From positions 52,167-116,166 of IMG/VR virus record IMGVR_UViG_3300042991_001118: a stretch of DNA of 64,000 nt; one strand, 5' to 3'. The notes under the pieces are model-generated. The model was not told where the DNA came from and searched no databases. It saw nothing but the letters and a program-made list of their open reading frames with translations. Positions 8,468-16,495 of this stretch are shown piece after piece; the stretch's first letter is position 1, and every line of letters begins with the position of its first letter. Source of the stretch: a virus. Both the position numbers and the translations under genes were made by a program.

Positions 8468-8948
8468 TTCCGAACTCCAATATTTCCGTAAGGACTTCCT
8501 TTGATTTTTGTTTTGACTTTGGAATAGATTCCTGAGATTTGGAAATTGTATTTTCCAATACCTTCACGCTTTTCCAAAGCTGCATGATTTGCATTTCTTG
8601 TTTCACGTCTTCTGAGTTTAGATTCCCTGCCATGGATTTCAATGATTCGATAGATAGAGTTGTTTCCCTAACGGAGGATAATTCATGTCCCAATGAGGAC
8701 ACCTTTTGCTCCAATATAGAAACCCTAGAAATCAAAGCTATCACCTCCTGCGATAGCTTGTCGTTAATAATGACTTCTAGCCTTTCCCTTGTTAGGGAGT
8801 CTAGTCTTTTTAACAGTGCTTCGGATTCTGGGTCTTTGTCGCTTTTGATTTCAGTATTGAATGCCTGGAAAATTGGCTTTATGATAGTCCGCATAATCCA
8901 AACGATAATTCCTACTTTGTCCGACATAAATACACCTTCCCATATCAC
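8460..8948 (-). CDS. coiled-coil protein with hydrophobic N-terminus
   Basis: VGIIVWIM; heptad-like LISRVSILEQKVSSLGHELSSV; follows the kinase. Confidence 0.6.
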   Translation of the reverse strand: MIWEGVFMSDKVGIIVWIMRTIIKPIFQAFNTEIKSDKDPESEALLKRLDSLTRERLEVIINDKLSQEVIALISRVSILEQKVSSLGHELSSVRETTLSIESLKSMAGNLNSEDVKQEMQIMQLWKSVKVLENTISKSQESIPKSKQKSKEVLTEILEFGNG

Positions 8949-9997
8949 TTTGTTTCGTCCTTAATTGGGGCAAAATTTAGGACGTTTTCCTTGGCCATTT
9001 GCATTAGAAGTTCCCATTCGGCCAAATTCATGTTAAATATTTTTTTTACCTTTCCCGTGTTCCCCCCACACAGGATTAAAAAATCAGAAAATGCCCTAGC
9101 TACAGACAACGCATCTTGCGCTATGATTTTCTTTTCTTCTCCAAGATTAAATTCTGGGAATGCGTCTATAATGTCCTGAAAAAATTCGACAGTATTTCCT
9201 GGTCTTCGTTCTCTATCATCTTGCCATGCTTTTGGCAAGGTCATTAGGAGTTCTACCGGGAGATTTTCTGGGGCAAATTCATCGTCATTCGCAACCATGA
9301 AATAACATATCTTTGCGAGTGCAAAGATATCTGCTCTTTCATCGACATTCCCAGCGTCCTCCATCTGTTCTGGTGCGGCATATCCAGGCGTGCCAAGAAT
9401 TGCATTAGTCCTCGTCAGGACATTTTCTATTCCAGACATCGCTATACCGAAATCTATGAGCTTTGCCTGTCCAGATTCCGTTATGATGATATTGTCAGGT
9501 TTTAAGTCCCGATGCACGACGTTATATGAATGCAGTAGCCCGACTCCCTGCACTATTTGTTTAAATAACAACAACTTGTCTTTTAGAGACAAGGACGCAC
9601 CCTGTGTTTGTATATATTTTCTTAGGTTGCTTCCTTTGCAATACTCGCATACAAAGTAGAATGGGGATTCTCTTAAGTCATATACCAGGGGGAATGGAGG
9701 AATTCTTCCAGACAAGATTTCACTATCTGATATCGTTGCCATTATTCTAGTGCTTCTGATAAACCTTTTTTCGTTCTCTTGACTGAGGTCAGGGAGTCTA
9801 ATATTGAGAACTCTCTTTTGATTCAAAAGCATGTCTTTGTATAAAATGACTAGTTTTTCAGATCCCATTCCGAGGGTTTCTAAATACTCTCCCTGTGGTA
9901 CGCAATCCCGTATCATGGAATTTGCATACATATCGACATTCCCAGCCATGAAGAGTTTTAATTTTTCGTAAAAATTTTTGTCTTTTCTCCCCAACAT
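8945..9997 (-). CDS. Hanks-type Ser/Thr protein kinase with atypical (WNK-like) N-lobe
   Basis: HRDLKPDN, DFGIA, GTPGYAAPEQ, ADIFAL; Gly loop GMGSEKLV; beta3 VLNIR. Confidence 0.9.
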   Translation of the reverse strand: MLGRKDKNFYEKLKLFMAGNVDMYANSMIRDCVPQGEYLETLGMGSEKLVILYKDMLLNQKRVLNIRLPDLSQENEKRFIRSTRIMATISDSEILSGRIPPFPLVYDLRESPFYFVCEYCKGSNLRKYIQTQGASLSLKDKLLLFKQIVQGVGLLHSYNVVHRDLKPDNIIITESGQAKLIDFGIAMSGIENVLTRTNAILGTPGYAAPEQMEDAGNVDERADIFALAKICYFMVANDDEFAPENLPVELLMTLPKAWQDDRERRPGNTVEFFQDIIDAFPEFNLGEEKKIIAQDALSVARAFSDFLILCGGNTGKVKKIFNMNLAEWELLMQMAKENVLNFAPIKDETK

Positions 9998-10007
9998 AGT
10001 TCGCTCC

Positions 10008-11492
10008 TCATTTACTTGGTGTGGGGTTTTTCTTTTCTTCTATTGGTGTCCATTTACAGACAACTCCACCAGAATTTTTTAAAAGCAAATCTTTAAATTC
10101 GATTGGAGTTTTTTTCTTATCGAAATAATCTACCAAAGTTTGTGGATCCGTGGTGGACAGAACACATATCGTCTCTTCTGTTAATCCAGAAAATTGAGAT
10201 TCTGCATTGACCTTGTCTTTTATCCCAGAACCCCATTTTGCCCTAGACTCTGAATAGAACGCCGAGTTTTTATTTTTTGTTTTTAATACGATATTGCATT
10301 CTTCAAGTCCTATAAAATTGGCAGAATTTCCTAAAATAGAGACGATTCCGATAGAGCAAATAGCTTTTCCGCGAAGTTGGGGACACCAGTACGAGTCTAA
10401 TTTATGCAAAAATAATGGGCCAGAACTATAAACAAATTCTGTAGTTTGTATCAGAGAGAATAGCCCAGCGAATAGCATAAGCTGTGTTGTAAAATCTCCT
10501 CCTGTTTGGTTCTGGAAGGAACAAAAAATTAAATTATTGCTGTTGTCTACGCCTTTCTTCCCTATCGAAAAATTTTGCAATTGCTTATCAAATGCAGTAC
10601 ACGTGATATTGGTATCCACATCGAATCTTTGCAGCGATAAAATCATTGTTGCAGCTTGTTGTCTCACGGTTTCTTGATATAGCAAGACAGAGAAAACCCC
10701 TTCCATTCCGGGCATTAAGGCACTTAAAAGCAATAAGTCTTCTTGTGTTAGGGCTTCTTTGTCCTCTAATGTGTCAATGTATAGAATTCCGATAAGTGTA
10801 TCGCTATGGAACATAGGAAAGCATATGGAGCTACAAACCTTATTTTCAACAATGCTCCTGGATAGGTCGTCAGGGTCTTCGACTTCTGTTGTCGAGAATC
10901 TTTTTGCTTCTTTCGTCTCCCAAACTTGATCTAAGATATACCGTGGCGGAACGAAGTTTTGTGGTGCTTTTGCTACGATAGGTATCCATTTTTTATTATC
11001 TACACGGTATACCACGCCACGATTGATATGGAAATTTTGTTCTAGGAAGTCCAATAAAAATTTTGAAAATTGTGAAAGACTCCTGGGCATCCGGTTAAAA
11101 AAATCGCGTGACAATTTTTCTGCCACGTTCTTTTTATTGATTAGCTCCACGCCAATAGCCCGGACCTTACTTGTCTCCATTCTCCTGGTAGCCTGAGCTT
11201 CGTCTTTAAAAATTACAATGCACCCCTGTTTGGGATGCCCCAAGACAATCACGTCGTTGTGATTTATCTTTATCGTGCTACTTGGTGCGATGGATACCCC
11301 ATTGACCCAGGTGGATCCATCTAGAGTTTCCATTATGACGCTTTCTGAATCGCGTCGTATTCTCGCATGTGCTGCCGATACGTTTTTACATTTTAATCCT
11401 AATGCTTGTAGCCATTCTAGGCTAAAAATGACAGGGTCATCACCTAGTATGATATTTTTCCCTGATTCTTGCAAGACGATATATGCGGGCAT
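10008..11492 (-). CDS. FHA-GAF-degenerate PP2C (SpoIIE-like) signalling protein
   Basis: FHA: VSAAHARI...TWVNG...DVIVLG; GAF: SRSIV..SSICFPM..LIGILYID..TQEDLLLL; C-terminal TGGDF remnant (weakest call). Confidence 0.75.
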   Translation of the reverse strand: MPAYIVLQESGKNIILGDDPVIFSLEWLQALGLKCKNVSAAHARIRRDSESVIMETLDGSTWVNGVSIAPSSTIKINHNDVIVLGHPKQGCIVIFKDEAQATRRMETSKVRAIGVELINKKNVAEKLSRDFFNRMPRSLSQFSKFLLDFLEQNFHINRGVVYRVDNKKWIPIVAKAPQNFVPPRYILDQVWETKEAKRFSTTEVEDPDDLSRSIVENKVCSSICFPMFHSDTLIGILYIDTLEDKEALTQEDLLLLSALMPGMEGVFSVLLYQETVRQQAATMILSLQRFDVDTNITCTAFDKQLQNFSIGKKGVDNSNNLIFCSFQNQTGGDFTTQLMLFAGLFSLIQTTEFVYSSGPLFLHKLDSYWCPQLRGKAICSIGIVSILGNSANFIGLEECNIVLKTKNKNSAFYSESRAKWGSGIKDKVNAESQFSGLTEETICVLSTTDPQTLVDYFDKKKTPIEFKDLLLKNSGGVVCKWTPIEEKKNPTPSK

Positions 11493-11496
11493 GCCT

Positions 11497-12075
11497 TTAC
11501 CCCTTTCTCTTCGTCACCCAGACCTTTACTTTGTCTTCACGCTCTTCTGATGCGTTTAATTGCAAACATCTGATGACGCAAACAACAAAAACACCATGCA
11601 ACGCGATGTATTTTGTATTGTTAGACGAAAAGTCAATCCCGAATAAAATTGCGGAGAACATGAGAAGGAAAATCAACAACATGAATGTTGAAGACCACAA
11701 AACAAACATAAATCCTTTCGTCGCTACGATAAATTCGTACAACAAGGAAGCAAATTTTTTCTGCACCACAACGCAATTATCCGTACGCTTTTTTTGTTCT
11801 GTATGATTTTCCTTTTGTGTTTCTTGTGATGTTTTTGGGTTTTCCACGATAGGTTCCGGTGTTTCTTGTGATGTTTTTGGGTTTTCCACGATAGGTTCCG
11901 GTGTTTCTTGCTCTATTTTGGGATTTTCCACAATAGGTACCTGTGTTACCTTTGGTGTCCCGATTACAAATTCGTCCTGTAGTATTGGTTTTTTAAAATT
12001 CATGAGCATTGTTTGATCTACTGGGGATGTTTCACACACCGTTGATGCCGCATCATTCTTTTCTTCGTTTTGCAT
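11497..12075 (-). CDS. membrane protein with Pro/Glu repeats and two C-terminal hydrophobic segments
   Basis: PIVENPK repeats; long hydrophobic stretches; RBS AAGGAG. Confidence 0.7.
   Translation of the reverse strand: MQNEEKNDAASTVCETSPVDQTMLMNFKKPILQDEFVIGTPKVTQVPIVENPKIEQETPEPIVENPKTSQETPEPIVENPKTSQETQKENHTEQKKRTDNCVVVQKKFASLLYEFIVATKGFMFVLWSSTFMLLIFLLMFSAILFGIDFSSNNTKYIALHGVFVVCVIRCLQLNASEEREDKVKVWVTKRKG
11819..11937. repeat. 42-bp tandem repeat, about 2.8 copies (PEPIVENPKTSQET)
   Basis: Units start at 11819, 11861 and 11903. Confidence 0.9.
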
Positions 12076-12229
12076 CTAAAAACTCCTTTATTATATTCAT
12101 ACATGTCAACATATGACGGGCTGTTCCTGCTGGCTGTTGTGATATCCAGGCGCATTCTATCGGGATAAGAGCGTCTGGATATTTCATAGAAACCAGCATC
12201 TCTCGATATAAAGATGCTTCTGTGGACAT
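12053..12229 (-). CDS. possible 58-aa protein (MSTEASLYREMLV...)
   Basis: Manual translation; fills the gap; overlaps two hairpins. Confidence 0.4.
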   Translation of the reverse strand: MSTEASLYREMLVSMKYPDALIPIECAWISQQPAGTARHMLTCMNIIKEFLDAKRRKE

Positions 12230-12230
12230 T

Positions 12231-12866
12231 TTATTGAGCCTTTAACGTCAAAGATATTCCTCTCAAGGATTCGATACCTTCCTTCACGGATAAGGAAAAA
12301 ATTTCTTGCATGGATGCGATCACTTTGTTTGAATTTTCGGATATTGCTGATGCGAATTCACGTGATGCAAAGTATTCCTTTAGCCTGGTCGAAAATCCAT
12401 TGAGTATCAAATTGACAACATTGGTCATGTCTTGAGACGCAATCATTTTTCCACCTATTGTCACAATGTTCTTTTGAGCATCTGCATCGGCTACTAGCCG
12501 TTTGAATCCAGCGTATACTCCTTCTGACACTACTCCCTTGGCATTCTCACTTGTGATTGCAGCGTTTAGAATATTGGTTATTCCCGTTTTAGAACTTTCA
12601 TCAGTTAGTAGGTTTTTCAAAACCCCTGTAATGGTTTTTTCTAAACTTCCATTCGCTACGATATTGCTCCAACCTGTTTTTAATGCGGAGCTAAATTTTT
12701 CCGTTACGGACTCTGAGGTAAGGGCAGAGACAATCGCATCCTGAAATTGGTCCACCAAATTTGATAGTCCAAGCAGGTTTTGCAAAACCTTGCTTGCATC
12801 ATTATTGGATTGGTTGGATACAGCATTGGATGCGGTATTGTTTGGAATTGTTGGAACTGTTGGCAT
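12231..12866 (-). CDS. helical Ala/Ser/Asn-rich hypothetical protein (start MPTVP)
   Basis: RBS GGAG before 12866. Confidence 0.65.
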   Translation of the reverse strand: MPTVPTIPNNTASNAVSNQSNNDASKVLQNLLGLSNLVDQFQDAIVSALTSESVTEKFSSALKTGWSNIVANGSLEKTITGVLKNLLTDESSKTGITNILNAAITSENAKGVVSEGVYAGFKRLVADADAQKNIVTIGGKMIASQDMTNVVNLILNGFSTRLKEYFASREFASAISENSNKVIASMQEIFSLSVKEGIESLRGISLTLKAQ

Positions 12867-12876
12867 ATTTTTTCTC

Positions 12877-13035
12877 CTATTTGAACGCAGCCCATATAAA
12901 CACTCGAACACTGAATCCAATGATCGCCGCGATTATGGGCGCAAATAACAATGACAAGACCATAAGGCTTATTATAGCCTTACAGTATTCCTCGAAAGTT
13001 TTTTCACTTTTAGCTTTTTCATTTTTGTCTTCCAT
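12877..13035 (-). CDS. 52-aa membrane microprotein (MEDKNEKAKS...IISLMVLSLLFAPIIAAIIGFSVRVFIWAAFK)
   Basis: Manual translation; fills the gap exactly. Confidence 0.6.
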   Translation of the reverse strand: MEDKNEKAKSEKTFEEYCKAIISLMVLSLLFAPIIAAIIGFSVRVFIWAAFK

Positions 13036-13038
13036 CGC

Positions 13039-13446
13039 TTAAGTTTCCTTACTGTCCTTACCTATTTTTTTCGCAGAAGTTATAACAAATTGATTATAGC
13101 TTATTTCTTCAATCTTGTCTAGTTTCTTTGTAACTTTAGACAAATTTGTATCTATTGATGACAAAACATCTAAGAGGAAAAGGCACAAAACACAAAGATA
13201 AATCAATATGCAAAGTCCAATAATACATGCGTTCCGCACAAGAAGAGTTAAACCAGCCGTTAAAACATAAAATAGCCCTACTATCAGCATTAAAATAGCC
13301 AGGACAAACAAGGCAAAGACAATCGCCCCCAAGATGCTAGATGCAGAAGAAAACTTCCGTGTTAGGAAAAAAGTTGGAGTGCATATTGTTGAATTCTTTT
13401 CATTCCTATCGTTCATTTTAATCTCTTTCTCGCCTTTCCATTCCAT
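13039..13446 (-). CDS. membrane protein with two TM segments
   Basis: Two long hydrophobic stretches. Confidence 0.65.
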   Translation of the reverse strand: MEWKGEKEIKMNDRNEKNSTICTPTFFLTRKFSSASSILGAIVFALFVLAILMLIVGLFYVLTAGLTLLVRNACIIGLCILIYLCVLCLFLLDVLSSIDTNLSKVTKKLDKIEEISYNQFVITSAKKIGKDSKET

Positions 13447-14336
13447 GGGTTAGCCTCTTTTGATAACCGAATTGGGCGGTATTTCATAAAACGCTTTAAA
13501 TCAGCAATCATTGAATCTTTTCCTGGAAGCTCAGATTCCCTCTTTAGCATAACGTCCTCAGAGACCACCCTGACGATTACTTTATGTACACACCTCATAA
13601 GACAAGGCGTATCGCCTCCGCGTGGCACAGTGGGCATTGTGCGCTGCGTGAAGGGTGAATGATTCACCATGTAGGTACATCCAGGACACATTCTTCCTAG
13701 TTTCTTTTCTGGATACCAAAATAGTAGGACGTTTTTAGGCAATCCTGACAGCCTTCCGGCATTGAATACAGCCTGCATATTTTTTACGTACATTTCAAGT
13801 CTTAAAGCTGGGTCAAATTTCGTTTTTTTCTCGTTGTAGGAATCTGACATGAATTTTTGCCAGAACGCAGCTTCCGTTGATACCAGATTATTGAACCACT
13901 TGGTTTCCTTAGCCGTAATCGGTATTGGTGTATCATAAAATGTTCCGGATGATTTTCGACCTAGCTCCCAGGCTTTTCTGTAATATTTATCGAATAGCCT
14001 AGAACCCCGTAGTTGGTTCAATTTAGATAGAGAATCTCTATCTAGAATTTTTATGAGAGATTTTTCAAAATCTAGTTCTAACTCGGCATATTGTTTAGCT
14101 GCGTCATTTTCTTCTTTCTGAACGAATTTTTTATATTCTTCTCCATCTTCAATACTTGGATGTCTTTTGGACATCGGTTGTCCGGCAAATGACCTGATCC
14201 CCTCCATCAAATGGAAGGATTTGCAATGTTTTAGATACGCGATGTCAAATTGTTGTCCTTCTGATATCCCAGATAATGGAGATTTACCATCGCATCCGTC
14301 CTCATGGCAGTAGATAAACATTCCAGCCTCAATCAT
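13413..14336 (-). CDS. head morphogenesis protein (SPP1 gp7/Mu gpF-like)
   Basis: MCPGC...PTVP.GG.TPCLMRC; near portal. Confidence 0.55.
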   Translation of the reverse strand: MIEAGMFIYCHEDGCDGKSPLSGISEGQQFDIAYLKHCKSFHLMEGIRSFAGQPMSKRHPSIEDGEEYKKFVQKEENDAAKQYAELELDFEKSLIKILDRDSLSKLNQLRGSRLFDKYYRKAWELGRKSSGTFYDTPIPITAKETKWFNNLVSTEAAFWQKFMSDSYNEKKTKFDPALRLEMYVKNMQAVFNAGRLSGLPKNVLLFWYPEKKLGRMCPGCTYMVNHSPFTQRTMPTVPRGGDTPCLMRCVHKVIVRVVSEDVMLKRESELPGKDSMIADLKRFMKYRPIRLSKEANPWNGKARKRLK

Positions 14337-14799
14337 TTTTCCCTTTCTTCATGCTTTTTCTTTCGGCCTTGGATTTAACCGATCCATCGTCTAGGATATC
14401 ACAATAGTTGTAAATTGCCTTCCGGATATTTGCTCTTCCATTTGGATTTAGGTATATGTGTACCGACATACCAAATTTCTTTTCGTATCCTTTATACTTC
14501 CTGGCAGCCTGTACCGTGGCATTTGGTGCCGTTGTTTTGACTTGTAACCATCCTATTCCATGTAGGACAACGGGGTATGTCGTTCCTAATGCAAATCGTA
14601 AAGTTTCTAAGTATGTCATAATGATTTGTTGAAGTTTTTTCTTGGAATATCCCAATTTTTTCAGTTTATTGACAGTGCTATCCATAATTTCTTTTTGGCT
14701 AATCCTGGCACGAATTTGTGTAGGAATTTTTTTTTCTTTGTTATAGTCACGCATATGTTTTCTCCGAAATTCCCGCATAACGTTTTTTACAACGTTCAA
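14329..14799 (-). CDS. basic HU/IHF-like DNA-binding protein
   Basis: Helix followed by ALG..VVLHGIGWLQVK, resembling HU VxLxGFGxF. Confidence 0.5.
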   Translation of the reverse strand: MNVVKNVMREFRRKHMRDYNKEKKIPTQIRARISQKEIMDSTVNKLKKLGYSKKKLQQIIMTYLETLRFALGTTYPVVLHGIGWLQVKTTAPNATVQAARKYKGYEKKFGMSVHIYLNPNGRANIRKAIYNYCDILDDGSVKSKAERKSMKKGKND

Positions 14800-16495
14800 T
14801 TACGAGATTTTTTATAAACGATTTTGTCGTAGAATTTTCGACTAAATTAGACAATTCTACGGGATTTATATCTTTTGGCAGATAGAAATTTGAAGAAGAG
14901 ACCACTGCACTTGCTCCTCCATCACGCAAAAGTTCTATCGCTTTTTTTGATCGTGGTCTACTTTCCAATAAAGAAAAGACCTCCATTCTTTCTTTTTCTT
15001 CATTTTCAATACTCTCTAAGGTGTCCATCGCTTGTCCTATTTCTTCTTTTGGTTCTTCTGGCGGTTTTTGCAACAATTTCTCCACCATAGAAGGTGTAAA
15101 TTGGGCATATTCCGTCATAACGTGTTTGGTCCAGAATTCGGAATTCCACTCGTGCTCTTTCCCTAAACTTAGTGCTCTATCCAATAAATCAAATCTGAGA
15201 GCTAAAAGCTCCTTCCGTTCCAATTCTTGGTAGACAGATACAGGCTGCATCATCAAGACGAAACTATTTTGTGGATCTCGGGTATTGATATTGTGCCAGG
15301 CAAGATGGGTTTCTAGAATTGTCGCGAGGGTTTTTAAAAATGCATGTTGCGGACGGATACATGCTGTCGAGAATCCAACGTCCTGTTTTGCTAGGGATTC
15401 TTTCCTATCATATGACCCACCCAAATCAAGACCGAGATACCCGGCAGGGAAGTTCAATACGGCAAATAGCCTAGCCATAATCATATTTGCATCGTCCAAA
15501 GACGCTACGTTTCCGGCAGAAACGTGAGAAATTGATGTCCTATTATCACCGCATGTCGGGATGACGAAAGCCCGCATTTCACCCCAGGCGGCAGGTGATG
15601 TCAACATCTCTCCAGTTTCTGGATTAGAATACAACGTTTGGTACATCCGTTCCTGCCATTCTTTACATGCTAAGAATGCGTCTTCTGTGGACATTCCACC
15701 TACATCCAACGTAATCATTTCTTTGTCTGAACGTCGCAGCCTTTCTATCAAAATTTTATCCCAGCACCATTGTAGTTCTTGCCAGTATTCTCGAATATTG
15801 AAAAGTAAGGAGCATTCAGACCCATACCAGGCTGTCCTCTTTCTATTTGGCATTCTAAAATGTGCGACAGAATAGTATGGGACACTATTTGTCGCGTCCA
15901 CAGGTTTCCCTTCATTGTCCGCATGAGAATAAGCAGATACTTTTCTGCTTTCATCAAAACAACACGCAAGTTCCCATGGTTCGTATGGAAGTAAAGATAT
16001 AATTCCCTGGTCTTGATTTGCTGGCAAATATTCAAAATGGTCGCCGAGATGGTACATTGTCCGCAACATCGCGAATGTATTTTCATCGAGGGCATGGGTG
16101 TCTAAAAATTTGTAAAGAATATTTTCGATGTCTTTATTCGCAGAATAAAGCCAAACTGCTCTACCAGCCTCCACACCCGAAGTATCTGTGTTGAACTGTG
16201 TACAGGCACCAGCATATGCGTCCAAGACTCTTCCTATCAATGGGTCTTGTTCTATCTCGACATATGTGGCGTAAAGCTGAATGCGATTGTAATCATGTAA
16301 TGCCCTAAAGTAGTCGTGCATTACATTGTGTGCTGTTCGATGTGGATTTATGCTGCTACCTTTTGAGAACGAATTTTGCACCACGGGTTCCCTATAAAAG
16401 TTGTGGACTGCCCGGAGCGCACTAATGGGATGTGCGATATATTCCAAAATCTTATCCATGTGATCTTCCTTTGATAATTTGTAGATATTCGTCAT
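14747..16495 (-). CDS. portal protein, T4 gp20-like
   Basis: VAHFR, ITLDVGGM, LFAVLNFPAGYL; follows terminase. Confidence 0.8.
   Translation of the reverse strand: MTNIYKLSKEDHMDKILEYIAHPISALRAVHNFYREPVVQNSFSKGSSINPHRTAHNVMHDYFRALHDYNRIQLYATYVEIEQDPLIGRVLDAYAGACTQFNTDTSGVEAGRAVWLYSANKDIENILYKFLDTHALDENTFAMLRTMYHLGDHFEYLPANQDQGIISLLPYEPWELACCFDESRKVSAYSHADNEGKPVDATNSVPYYSVAHFRMPNRKRTAWYGSECSLLFNIREYWQELQWCWDKILIERLRRSDKEMITLDVGGMSTEDAFLACKEWQERMYQTLYSNPETGEMLTSPAAWGEMRAFVIPTCGDNRTSISHVSAGNVASLDDANMIMARLFAVLNFPAGYLGLDLGGSYDRKESLAKQDVGFSTACIRPQHAFLKTLATILETHLAWHNINTRDPQNSFVLMMQPVSVYQELERKELLALRFDLLDRALSLGKEHEWNSEFWTKHVMTEYAQFTPSMVEKLLQKPPEEPKEEIGQAMDTLESIENEEKERMEVFSLLESRPRSKKAIELLRDGGASAVVSSSNFYLPKDINPVELSNLVENSTTKSFIKNLVIERCKKRYAGISEKTYA

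Noticed and set aside
12090-12109. TTGACA...TATAAT upstream of 11497..12075
   Set aside because: Spacer is only 8 nt
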